Part shown: positions 30,673 through 42,957 of the stretch, piece after piece
Layout of the letters: every line of letters starts with the position of its first letter
How positions within the stretch are numbered: position 1 is the stretch's first letter
Assembly: GCF_009914755.1 (NCBI RefSeq)
Contig: NC_060936.1
Reading direction: 5' to 3' (one strand)
Source: the human T2T-CHM13v2.0 reference genome, Homo sapiens
Length of the DNA: 64,000 nt
Notes under the pieces: generated by a model
What the model was told of the DNA's origin: nothing
The model's input: only the letters and a program-made list of their open reading frames with translations
Databases searched by the model: none
Program-made: the position numbers and the translations under genes

Positions 30673-33302
30673 ATTTTTTTCTTTTTTAAAATTATTATAC
30701 TTTAAGTTCTAGGGTACATGTGCACAATGTGCAGGATTGTTACATATGTATACACGTGCCGTGTTGGTGTGCTGCACCCATTAACTCGTCATTTACATTA
30801 GGTATTTCTCTTAATGCTATCCCTCCCCCATCCCTCCACCCCGCGACAGGCCCCAGTGTGTGATGTTCCCCATCCAAGTGTTCTCATTGTTCAATTCCCA
30901 CCTATGAGTGAGAACATGCGGTGTTTGGTTTTCTGTCCTTGTGATAGTTTTGCTCAGAATGATGGTTTCCCGCTTCATCCATGTTGCTACAAAGGACATG
31001 AACTCATCATTTTTTATGGCTGAATAGTATTCCATGGTGTATATGTGCCACATTTTCTTAATCCAGTCTATCATTGATGAACATTTGGGTTGGTTCCAAG
31101 TCTTTGCTATTGTGAATAGTGCCACAATAAGCATACATGTGCATGAGTCTTTCTAGCAGCATGATTTATAATCCTTTGGGTATATATCCAGTAATGGGAT
31201 CGCTGAGTCAAATGGTATTTCTAGTTCTAGATCCTTGAGGAATTGCCACACTGTCTTCACAATGGTTGAACTAGTTTACAGTCCCACCAACAGTGTAAAA
31301 GCGTTCCTATTTCTCCACATCCTCTCCAGCACCTGTTGTTTCCTGACTTTTTAACGATTGCCATTCTAACTGGTGTGAGATGGTATCTGCTGTTTGGCAC
31401 TATGCTTCTTGGACACACCAATGTATCTCAGGATTTACTTGTCTGTAAAGGATTTTATTTCTCCTTCACTTTTGAGGCTTAGTTTGGCTGGATATGAAAT
31501 TCTGGGTTGAAAATTCTTTTCTTTAAGAATGTTGAATATTGGCCCCCACTGTCTTCTGGCTTTTAGGGTTTCTGCTGAGAGATCCACTGTTAGTCTGATG
31601 GGCTTCCCTTTGTGGGTAACTCAGCCTTTTTCTCTGGCTGACCTTAGCATTTTTGCCTTCATTTCAACCTTGGCGAATCTGACAATTTTGTGTCTTGGTG
31701 TTGCTCTTCTTGAGGAGTATCTTTGTGGTGTTCTCTGTATTTCCTGTATTTGAATGTCGGCCTGCCTTGCTAGGTTGGGTAAGTTCTCCTGTATAATATC
31801 CTGAAGAGTATTTTCCAACTTGGTTCCATTCTCCCCATCACCTTCAGGTATACCAATCAAACGTAGATTTGGTCTTTTTACATAGTCCCATATTTCTTGG
31901 AGGCTTTGTTCATTTCTTTTTACTCTTTTTTCTCTAAACTTCTCTTCTTGCTTCATTTCATTCATTTGATCTTCAGTCACTGATACCCTTTCTTCCACTT
32001 GATCGAATCGGCTACTGAAGCTTGTGCATGCATCACGTAGTTCTCATGCCATGGTTTTCAGCTCCATCAGGTCATTTAAGATCTTCTCTACCCTGTTTAG
32101 TCTAGTTAGTCATTTATCTAATCTTTTTTCAAGGTTTTTAACTCCCTTGCGATGGGCTCAAACATCCTCCTTTAGCTTGGAGAAGTTTGTTACTACCAAC
32201 TTGCTGAAGCCTACTTCTGTGAACTCATCAAAGTCACTCTCCATCCAGCTTTGTTCTGTTGCTGGTGAGGAGCTGTGATCTTTTGGAGGAGAAGGGGCGC
32301 TCTGGTTTTTAGAATTTTCAGCTTTTCTGCTCTGGTTTCTCCCCATCTTTGTGGGTTTATCTACCTTTGGTCTTTGATGATGGTGACCTACAGATGGAGT
32401 TTTTGTGTGGATGTCCTTTTTGTTGATGTTGATGCTATTCCATTCTGTTTGTTAGTTTTCCTTCTAACCATCAGTTTCCTGAGCTGCACGTCTATTGGAG
32501 TTTGCTGGAGGTCCACTCCAGACCCTGTTTGCCTGGGTATCATCAGCAGAGCCTGCAGAACAGCAAATATTGCTGTCCGATCCTTCCTCTGGAAGCTTCA
32601 TCTCAGAGGGGCACCTGGCTGTTTGAGGTGTCAGTCAGCCCCTACTGGGAGGGTCTCCAAGTCAGGCTACACGGGGGTCAGGGACCCACATGAAGGGGTA
32701 GTGTGTCCATTCTCAGAGCTCAAACACCATGCTGGGAGAACCACTGCTCTCTTCAGAGCTGTCAGACAGGGATGTTTAAGTCTGCAGAAGTTTCTGCTGC
32801 CTTTTGTTCAGCTATGCCCTGCCCACAGAGGTGGAGTCTACAGAGGCAGGCAGGCCTCCTTGAGCTGAGGTGGGCTCCACCCAGTTTGAGCTTCCTGGTC
32901 GCCACTGCTTTGTTTACCTACTCAAGCCTCAGCAATGGCGGATGCCCCTTCCCCAGCCAGGCTTGCTGCCTTGCCATTCAATCTCGGACTAGCAGTAAGC
33001 AAGGCTCTGTGGGTGTGGGACCCACTGAGCCAGGCATGGGATATAATCTCCTGGTATGCTGTTTGCTAAGACCTTTGGAAAAGTGCAGTGTTTCGGTGGC
33101 AGTGTCCTGATTTTCCCAGTACAGTCTGTCACAGCTTCCCTTGGCTAGGAAAGGGAAATCCTCGACCTGTTGTGCTTCCCGGGTGAGGCGATGCCCTGCC
33201 CTGCTTCGGCTCGCCCTCTGTGGGCTGCACCCACTGTCCAACTAGTCCCAGTGAGATGAACCAGGTACCTCAGTTGGAAATGCAGAAATCACCCGTCTTC
33301 TG
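30673..33302 (-). mobile_element. L1PA (about PA4-6) with 5' UTR, most of ORF1 and the 3' end; most of ORF2 deleted
   Basis: ORF1 start MGRNQSRK at 32346, ORF1 peptide at 31621-31998, ORF2 C-terminus and 3' UTR at 30673-31388; abrupt junction at ~31389-31425. Confidence 0.92.
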
Positions 33303-33752
33303 ATGACTATCCATAATGCAAATAGGAACTATTATCTTGCTTAAAACCTTTCAATGACATCCATCAACAAATGAGAAATATTGTTCTAGTTTTTCACTAT
33401 CTTGTGAAAATCGTTTGCCTCCATGTATACGTTGTTTTATTTTTCAACTTATCCTACTATATATGTCTATGAAGCTAATCTTTAACTTGGTACTTCAGTC
33501 CAAAATTAGAAATTAAGTCAGAATTAGAATTTGCTTCATGTGAATTGAATAAATATAAAATGAGTCTGAATAGGGAAGATGAAATGCAAAAAATTGACAC
33601 TTGTGCTTAAAACCTTTTATATATTCATAACCTTAAAACCTTTTATACATTTATATATTCAATGCAATTCCAAACAATACCTAGTTGACTATGGGGATAA
33701 TGAACTTAAAAGATTCTAGAGTTTTAACTTGAACAAATAATGATCTTAGTAA

Positions 33753-34158
33753 TTGTATTAGTCCATTCTTGCATTGCTATAAAGAAATACCTGAGATTGG
33801 GTGATTTATAAAGAAAGGAGGTTTAGTTGGCTCACAGTTCCACAGGCTGTCCAAGAAGCATGATGCTGGCCTCTGCTAGGCTTCTGGGGAGGCCTCCAGA
33901 AACTTACAATCATGGCAGAAGGCTAAAAGGGAGCAAGGCTTCTAACGTGGTGGGAGCATGAGCAAGGTGTGGGGGAGGTGCTACACACTGTTAGATGACC
34001 AGAACTTGCTAGAACTCTATCATGAGAACACCACCAAGGGGATGGTGCTAACCCATTAATGAGGGATTCACCCCCATGACCTAATCACCCCCCACCAGAC
34101 CCCACTTCCAATTCTGGGGATTACAATTCAACATGAGATTTGGTGAGGACACAAATCA
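33753..34158 (-). mobile_element. MaLR solo LTR (MSTA/MSTB-like)
   Basis: tgtattagtccattcttgcattgctataaagaaatacctgag ... attacaattcaacatgagatttgg. Confidence 0.82.
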
Positions 34159-35065
34159 GTGATGCAAAGAAAAAGTGAAAACAGAGAAATGAAAAGACAT
34201 CAGCCACAGTAGTTTTTAAAACATTTTATTAAGCTACAGCAATTCAAATATTGTAATCCTTATGAAAGAATAGACCAGGTACTCAATGGACTAGAATAGA
34301 CCATTCAGAAACAAGCCTTAGTATACGTGATAATTTGTGATAAAGGAGGCATGTTTTATTAGCAGGGAAAGATTGAGTTGGTCAATCAATATTAATAGGG
34401 CTATTAGAAAGCTACATGGAAAAAAAAGTTAATTTAGATACTTTCTTGCTCACCACCCAATAAACAAGAAAATAATTTGAGATGGAATTAAATGGAAAAA
34501 TCTGCAGCAGGACTTTTGCTTCCACACATGCAGGATTTCATCACCACAAAAACTCTCTAATGCTACTCACTTACGGTCACACCCATCCCACTCCCGTACT
34601 CTCTGTAACCCCTAGTAACCACGAATTTGTTTTTCGTCTCTATAATTCTGTCATTTAAGGAATGTTGTATAAAAGAAATCATTCAGATTGTGACCTTTTG
34701 AGATTGGCTTTTTCCCCACACAGCCTAATGCTTCTGAGATCCACTTAAGTCGTTGTGTATGTCAGTCGTTTGTTCCTCTTCATTGTCCAGCAGAACTATG
34801 TCGTATGGTTGCCAAACCATTCATCTACTGATGAACTTTTTGTTGTTTCCAATGTTTGGAAAAACTGTTTTCTTTTTCCTTTTTGTGGTTTAATTGACAT
34901 TTTTAAAAATTCCGCTTTAATTCATCTATAGTGTTTTTGAGTGTACCTCTTTGTATAGCTTTTCTGTGATTTAATAAATGCTAGGGAGAATAGATTCATA
35001 TTCAGAAAAGTGAATATGATATTGATAAAGAACAAAAGAAAAGATAGAGTTATAAATGCCATAAA

Positions 35066-35217
35066 TTTATTCAACATACAAATTTTGTGTATTTCCAATG
35101 ATCTTCCCTTCTTTCTCTCACTGTCCTCTCTATTGATGAGTCTGTTCTTCATTTCTGGAGAAGTTCACCCAATGAGATCCGTAAGTTGCTGTTTTCAAGC
35201 ATTTCTTTATTCAGATT
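35066..35217 (-). pseudogene. A2MP1: A2MP1 terminal exon 36-like with 3' UTR and AATAAA
   Basis: ESE*RNA* after a polypyrimidine-TAG acceptor; AATAAA at 35066-35071. Confidence 0.78.
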
Positions 35218-35890
35218 CTAAGTAGTAAAAGAAAAGGGAGAAAGGGAAATTATGTGACCTACTTAAGAATAATTCTTTATATTTCAGTTATAAATACTTG
35301 AACTTAGTAACTTTTAATTATTTTTAATGATAGGGATGTTCTCCGTGTTTTCATATTTTAAAATGGAGAAGCAAAGGTTTCATGGCAAATTCTATGTCAA
35401 AGATGAACCCTGTCAATCAGCCTAAAGGAAGGTCTTATAGACCACACCTTTCATGCTGTGCTATATGGATAATTACAGTGACAAGTTTTTTGACTTTAGT
35501 ATACACTTAGAAATATCCTAGAAAGGCTATAGGGGATGAATATATCACCACTGGGTATAGAATGGAAACTACATGTTAGATAATTTAGTTTTTACATATG
35601 GGAAATTCTTGGATTCATCTTCAAACAAGTCACCCCAGACACCAGTAATTGTATTTAACTTGCATTTTTTTCTGAGAAATTTTATAATACATTTGATATA
35701 GTTCAATTTATACATGGTACATCAGGGTTTTTTTAGGATATGGAAAGGGTACAGTCTTCTCAAGAAGCAGCCTTATGCAGAGAACTGAGATGCTTATTTA
35801 TTTTGAAGTTGGGATTAGACTTTACTGTTTAACTGAGATGCTTATTTATTTTCTTTCAAGTGGCATTAGATTGAATCATTTATACTTTAC

Positions 35891-35932
35891 CAGCACTGCA
35901 AGGGGCATTGTATTCTTCAAAGGTGAATTCAT
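35891..35932 (-). pseudogene. A2MP1: A2MP1 exon 35-like
   Basis: DEFTFEEYNAPCSA; 42 nt. Confidence 0.9.
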
Positions 35933-36771
35933 CTGAAACACAGAAATTATTGGAGAGAAAGAGTGAAGACATTCAGGCATAAGCACCCAAGATGTGAATT
36001 GTAAATAAACTATGTAAGCTAAGAAAGAAAGTAGACAGCATCGCTATAGAACCAATAAAAATGACTTCTCTATTAAGCTATTTGGGATTGGTGGGAGGAA
36101 ACTAAGAGAAAATCTGGCTTGGGAACAGAATTGAAAGGCCGGGTACACGGGTGGCATGCCTAAGAATAGTTACAGTAGTTACAGGACTCCGTAGATAGTA
36201 CCTTTTCACAGCTGTGTTTTTCTCATTGGAATTGCACCTTGCTCTCTGAACCTTTCCTTAATCAAAGAAGAACAGTTTTAGCACTACCATCATGCTACAA
36301 TGGTGGTAATTTTCTAGCTCAAAGCCATGAGCAAATCAAAGTATTTCCTGATTATCACAAAGTTTCCCAAATTGTGTGAGACTATCCGAAGCACAAGTCA
36401 AAAACAGATCAAATTTTTCATGTCACACATCAGCACTGAGATGTGTTTTTTCAGTTATTGTACTCTTCTTATCTCTTTGGAGTAATTCAGCCCAGGACAA
36501 ACAACTTTATAGGGAAATTTAGATAGAAGATAGAATGGACCCTCTTATTGCCTTATGGTCAATTTATAAGAATGACTCTAACACTTGTTTAGTGGGGGGA
36601 CATGAGAGGTTAATATACAAGAACATGATTATCCAGTGCACACAAACTCACTTTTTCCCCCAGTGAAACACTGTGGAGTTTTGCTTTAGTTAAGGCAATC
36701 CTTTACTAGGTTAGTAGTCTTTTTTTTTTTTTTTTTTTTTCATTTCAAAGCTCAGCATGTCTGAATCTTAC

Positions 36772-36874
36772 CTGTCTCATAATAATCATAGGCTTTTACT
36801 GTAGCTGGTTTTAAATTCTTTATTTGGATGTCTTGTTCCACAAAGAAGGAAAAATGCAGGGTTTGATGGGTTAG
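36772..36874 (-). pseudogene. A2MP1: A2MP1 exon 34-like
   Basis: [34 protein letters not shown]; 103 nt. Confidence 0.92.
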
Positions 36875-37101
36875 CTGGAGAGACAGGAAAACAATTGGAA
36901 TCAAAGATTAGTTAATCTTTGATTAACTAGTTACTAGTTACTGGCCACTCTTCATAAGATATTATCAAACCCTGTAGTTATGCTATATATCTGTACCAGA
37001 ACCTATGAAAAGAAAGGGGAATTCTGTGACCTGCATAACATACTCAATGACAGATAAAAGAAGGACAAAAGAGACATTTTGTAGACAGCCAAATGTAATG
37101 A

Positions 37102-37458
<357 letters not shown>

Positions 37459-37526
37459 GGCTTCATTTCTTTTTATAGAACCTCTAGTTGTTATTCCAAA
37501 TCTAGCAGAGTCACAGAAAGTCTTAC

Positions 37527-37595
37527 CTTTTCAAAGTAGATTGGGACATGGTTGGTGCTCACTTCAGTCCTCTGAATCTGAGGCTGTTTCTGGAG
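37527..37595 (-). pseudogene. A2MP1: A2MP1 exon 33-like
   Basis: LQKQPQIQRTEVSTNHVPIYFEK; 69 nt. Confidence 0.9.
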
Positions 37596-38121
37596 CTGTT
37601 GACCAAGAGGATAAGCCAGAAATATGGAATGAGAAAACTTCATACTGGCAGTAGTTTTCAGGTATTTATGATATAAACAGCTTCTCAGGAGCATCCAAAC
37701 TACTAATTTTGATTTCTTCAAGAATAATAATGAAAATAACAGTAGCAATATTTATTGAACTTTTATTCTCTATATATGCTATAAGTGTATGTGCAGATAC
37801 ATATATGTGATATATATATGCATGCACACACCCATATATCCTTTTCTCTTTTTATATATAGCTGGAAAATAATTCAATACCATTCCACATAACTAGGTGT
37901 CTTGGGGCCTGTTGGAACATTATTTATCATGTTTCTGACTTATACCCTATACTTGACACCATATAATCATGATACACACTATTAAAATGATAGAGACACC
38001 CTCTAGAGAAGCAATTTTGAGGGAGCACACCTCTTGAAAAGTGCATCAATAAAGTCAAATTGACACGATAAATGCCAGCATTTACCATGGCTTTGCTATT
38101 TGTAAGGGATCTAGGGATTAC

Positions 38122-38212
38122 CTTTTTAACTGATGCTCTCATAGGTATGAAGCCTGATACCATCTTCACATCAACAATGACCATGTTGGAACTGGGTCAG
38201 TCCCCAGTATAA
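38122..38212 (-). pseudogene. A2MP1: A2MP1 exon 32-like, in-frame TGA at 38197-38199
   Basis: YTGD*PSSNMVIVDVKMVSGFIPMRASVKK; 91 nt. Confidence 0.92.
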
Positions 38213-38570
38213 CTATAAAATCAAAGCATAAGAATAAGGAATTCAAACAAAATTTCTTGGAATTCATTCAAGACAAACTCTCTCTTTACCTTCTATTTCT
38301 AACACTAAGTTACTATGTCTACTGTATCTGTTTCTGTTATTATGGTTGTTTGGAAAACCCATCATTTTAAGCTCACACTCTTCAGATATTGTAATACCAT
38401 ATTATCAATGTTAAGTCTTTTTCAGAAAATTTTCTCATTAATAAACACTGCAAGAATTCCATATTCATTATGTGTGGCTTTGGACAGTGGAGTTTCTCCA
38501 CATAAGAAAATCAATTTCTCCATATTCTATTCGGTTGGTGCAAAAGGTCTGGTCATGATCTAGGACTTAC

Positions 38571-38701
38571 CTAATGTTGATGTGAATCTGGAACGTTCTG
38601 TGAGCATCCATTCCATCACAATTTGTGGGGAGAGTATTAACCTGCAGAGCAAAAGGTGTTTTCCCTTCTTTCTTGGGAAGGATGTTATATCTCAGGCATG
38701 T
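38571..38701 (-). pseudogene. A2MP1: A2MP1 exon 31-like
   Basis: TCLRYNILPKKEGKTPFALQV...FQIHINI; 131 nt. Confidence 0.9.
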
Positions 38702-38877
38702 CTAAAACAAATGGAAAAAAAATCCTTAATTTTTACACTGAACTTGTCTCATAATCTGTTCCAGACGATTCATACCTTCCCTTAGCACACACTTCTTTTT
38801 CTTATTTTGAAATTCAAATATAACTCTTGAGACTTTCTCTCCCATTTGCAGCATCTCCTAAACCCCAGCAGTCTCAC

Positions 38878-39096
38878 CTGGAGGTACACACATCCTGACC
38901 CTGACATGGTTGTGCTGTACTCCCCTGGAACCTCTGGCAACTGGACCTCCTGCAGCACTAGGCAGTTGCCATCATCAACTTGGAAGTCTTTAGAAAAGGT
39001 GTCTGAAGACTTGATGGTGACCAAAGCTGCTTTCTCACTTTTAGTGAAAGTTGCTGTTCCATATTTGGAGAGCGCTTGAAGAGCCACCACTGTGTC
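38878..39096 (-). pseudogene. A2MP1: A2MP1 exon 30-like
   Basis: [13 protein letters not shown]...GSGCVYLQ; 219 nt. Confidence 0.92.
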
Positions 39097-39984
39097 CTGA
39101 AAAAAAAAATGAGTAGAGAAATCACAGAAGAGGAAAGTAACAAACTCACACTGGATGTAAACCATAACAACACTATTCTTTTTTCAGAATTATTTAGTCA
39201 TAAATGCAGTCCACTAACTCTATTTCAATTCAGTTCAATCTGGTTAGTAATGATAAACCATTCTAGATACTTTGAAGGTATATTTTTAAAAAGTTTCTTC
39301 ATTCAGCTAGTTTAAATAGACATATGGAGATAAGACTTAGATATCTGACACAAGCCCAGGCTATTTCAATAATTTATAAATTTATGTAACAATATTTGTT
39401 ATAAAAGGTCAGAGAAGAGAGAAGAAAATATGGGTTAGAATAGTAAGAGAAGACTGAAGAAGGTTATCTGAGAAATAAGATTATCTCTGAATAATGAGCA
39501 GGGTTTATGTAGACAGAAGAGAGGCATCGGGGGGGGGACCTGGGTGGGGAATGCTCTATATGAAGTCATGGAAACTGCGGTGAGCTAATTCCAGAAGAAG
39601 CAAAGGGATCTGCCTAATCAGATTGGTGCACTCATGTTTACTGGAGAGAGGAAATATTTTTGATAAAATATTAGATAATTTTAGGCTTTGAGTGAAAAAA
39701 AGATTTATTTTCTAAGGGAAGTAATCCCTTGAAAATATTGCTTTGTGAAGACAAACCTACCTGCATGGTTGGGGGGCCCCTAGGGAGTTAAGAGAGGAGA
39801 GAGTATAAAAAGGACAGAGCAGTAATCCATACATAAGATAGTAAGGCTGGAACTTGTCTGCTGATGGAGGGATGGAGAAAGTGTGAATTGGAAATACTAA
39901 CCATTCCATTATTCAACTCCCAGATGGTTGTGTCTTCATATATGTGAATATATTTATGTTTCCTTCTAGAGTCTTCCCACAGAC

Positions 39985-40208
39985 CTGAGTGGAGGAGAAG
40001 CCCCCTTGGGGATTTTGCTGCTTGGTAATCCACTTCACAATACGTGATGCCACAGACAGGTCCTCTGAAGATGGGGCAGGCTGGACAGTAAGATAGGCAA
40101 GGAGCACATAAGATGTCATCTCTACTTCCACAGAGGGAGCCCAGGGTTGAGAATAGAGGGTCTTAGCTTCGTGAAGTTTCCCAGGACGTTGCCAGTGGAT
40201 CGAATCCT
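39985..40208 (-). pseudogene. A2MP1: A2MP1 exon 29-like
   Basis: EDSIHWQRP...[11 protein letters not shown]...GGFSSTQ; 224 nt. Confidence 0.92.
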
Positions 40209-40650
40209 CTTTGACATAGAAAAGGGTAGAATTTTTAGCTTAAAGGATGATTTCAAAATCTAATCCATAAGTGATAATTATAATTACAGTTTACCTAATA
40301 AATTGACATTTCATTTTAATGAAGTGAAAGCATTAAACAAAGTGAAAGCATTAAATAGTCACTATCAAACAAATCTTTATCAAGAAAGTAAAGTTCCAGG
40401 GAATAACATTGAGCCTTTGTGTCTACTACATGTGTGTGTGTGATATTAGAAGGTGGGACTGTATAGAGTCTATACTGTGTGGATTAATAAAATGATCCAT
40501 GTTATCCAGAGAATTCGGGTCTTAGATCAATGATAATTATTCTGTCATTAAATTAAGATAGCATGGTAAGCATGAGCTCGGTAGAGGTATTGTCCCTTCT
40601 TTTGGTCACTGGTGGTTGTCAGAAGTAAACTTTGCAGTAGCAGCTCTTAC

Positions 40651-40828
40651 CTTCTTTCATAGCCTCTCTGTTTAATGATTCAAGCAACTCTCTTCGCTTG
40701 ACTTTGTTTCCTGCTAGGGCAAAGGCATAGGCCAATAATGCTTTGGTATAGACAACACTTCCTTGGGCCTCTGAGGTGGAGCTCCAGGCCGTTTCAAGGC
40801 AGGATAGGGCACTGCAGACCACTGCGTG
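40651..40828 (-). pseudogene. A2MP1: A2MP1 exon 28-like
   Basis: [15 protein letters not shown]...[15 protein letters not shown]; 178 nt. Confidence 0.92.
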
Positions 40829-41116
40829 CTATGAAGAAGACGAAAGGCTATTGTAAAACAGCAGAACCAGGCAAATGAGCTATTCCCGGGCTAACTGCAG
40901 ATTAAAAACCTTAATGTGCCTGTATAACCTCACAGTTCTGACCAGAGAGGAGTTTCCTCTGCTGCTTCCAAAAGGATCTGGTCCTTTACATTCCAGTGAA
41001 ATGTACCAAAATTAAATACCATAAAAATCACAATTAATTTCCCTCAGGGATTCACCATATTATAATTTTATTCTTTACGTGTGTGAAGGAGGTACAGAGG
41101 ATGTGCTTGAACATAC

Positions 41117-41191
41117 AGTGGCAGGCAGAGGCATCTCCAGCAAAGCAATGGTGATGTAGGCAGAGAATGTCACCTCATCGTTCACCCCACC
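41117..41191 (-). pseudogene. A2MP1: A2MP1 exon 27-like, acceptor AG>AC
   Basis: [25 protein letters not shown]; 75 nt; preceded by TTACAC. Confidence 0.9.
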
Positions 41192-41607
41192 GTGTAAGGA
41201 TCAGAGGCAGAGAGACTCAAACACTTCAACAGTCATGAGACAGCATCTGCTAACACTTCTTTTCTTTTTGACATCTTCACTAGAGTGTTTCTTGTCTTGT
41301 GCTAGATTGTTTCTTGTCTTGTGCTAGATTGTTGATTTTCTCCCCTTCCTCCTCTACCCTAAAATTCTTGAGTCTGTCCCAGATCACCTTCCCTCACTTT
41401 TTATAGTATGTTCGGCTTTGAGGTTTTTTTGAACACTATTTTCATTCAATAAAAAACTACTAAGGTATTGCTAGATTTCAGGAGATTTAGAGTCCACCAT
41501 TCTTCCTGAAATCTATGTCGCTAAGACTGAAGGACTCAATTCAAACATCATTTCCTCCCACATATCACTATCTTCAGGGACCAGAAGAAAAACAGAGAAG
41601 GCATCAC

Positions 41608-41764
41608 CTTAATGGCATTGTTCAGCAGTGATCCAGAGCCTTCGAAAAAACCATCTGCCTTTTGTCCCTGTGAAAGCCAGGTGAGGGCATCCCTGATGTG
41701 TGAGCTCTCCACAAAGATGTACGATTGGGCTTGAGCAAAGGACTTGAGCACAAATGCAGTGAGC
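41608..41764 (-). pseudogene. A2MP1: A2MP1 exon 26-like, acceptor AG>GG
   Basis: [12 protein letters not shown]...GSLLNNAIK; 157 nt; preceded by GACGG. Confidence 0.9.
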
Positions 41765-42405
41765 CCGTCGAGCAAAACAGAAACACACACATGAGGACCA
41801 CCTCACTTTCATAGCTCACTTTGTGCACTGCCTCCAGACATTGCTCTTCACAATTCAGTGGAGGAGATTACTGGGAGGTATTGATGGGGAAATAGTATTT
41901 AAGAGCTGAATATACTCTAGTCCAACAAACACCTCAATATCTTTTATTATATCTCAACTTTATTGGTTTCTCTGAGTTGATGCTTTTTAATTTTTTTGTT
42001 GTGAAACATTTGTTGGAGCCTCCAAGCCTCCCCACCATGAAAACTGCATTTCCAGAATGACTTGTCCTGACTTTACTGCATCACGGTCTCCTTCTGTCCT
42101 CGCCCTCCCCTCCTTCTTTAATGCACAGTGTGGGAGCTTCTTCCCCTGTCATTTTATAGAATGACATTTTCTGCTTTATATTTCCATTTAGAAGATCCTT
42201 ATTTCACCATTTTCAGCTGTGTTATCACAGCAGGTAAGCTTTCAGAGATGAAACGGTGAGATTACCCAACAGGAATGATACATACAGCATATGCGTTATT
42301 TAAAGACTAACAATTTTCCACAAAAAACTCCAGATATTAGAGAGTAGCTGTTTCTAGAATCCTGAAATGTCATGGATCTACAGAGAGCATAGGGAAAAAA
42401 TAATC

Positions 42406-42490
42406 TTGTTTCCCTGACTGCTACCATCATTGTCCCCAAAGGTGCTGTAGGAACCATCTCTGTGCTTATAATTCAATTGCCTTTGGTACC
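42406..42490 (-). pseudogene. A2MP1: A2MP1 exon 25-like, donor lost
   Basis: [28 protein letters not shown]; no GT at the expected end, so the lower boundary is approximate. Confidence 0.87.
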
Positions 42491-42780
42491 CTGAAGAGGA
42501 AGTGTTCATAGATTTATTGAAATGGCAAAGACATTGGAGGATTATTGAGCTTTTTTCTCAGTGCTATTAGGAATCATAGGGTAACTAATATTTAGTTAAA
42601 ATTTCCCGCAACCCCCAATCACAGGCTTGATGATACTATTGAATTTTCTACTTGTATATTGGGACATTTTATTGAAAATCACGACAATGACTATCGAATC
42701 TTAATGAAACAGATGTTGATTTTCGTTCACCAAAAAATATTTAAGAGATTATGGCTCTTCTTTTTGAGGTAATCTCTCAC

Positions 42781-42957
42781 CACTGATGAGGTAGCTAGTG
42801 GCTTTGGCCTTGATCTTCTCTGTCAGCTGTCGTGTCTCATTTAGATAGTTTAGAACATAAATGTTAGGGACAAAAAGGACCATATTCTGCTCTCCACAAC
42901 CATAGGGCATCTGAAGAAGGTTCTGAAGGTTTTGCACTACAGAGCCTAGTATATCAC
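42781..42957 (-). pseudogene. A2MP1: A2MP1 exon 24-like (thioester CGEQ at 42887-42898)
   Basis: [35 protein letters not shown]; 177 nt; open. Confidence 0.94.

Noticed and set aside
32275-33110. 197-aa and 135-aa plus-strand ORFs; possible intact L1 ORF0
   Set aside because: They are antisense readings of the L1 5' UTR and ORF1. The ORF0-like frame from the ATG at 32935 is shifted.
41287-41333. 22-bp tandem duplication (similar short ones at ~35783/35831, ~40322 and ~5637/5676)
   Set aside because: Ordinary replication-slippage duplications in introns with no sign of function.
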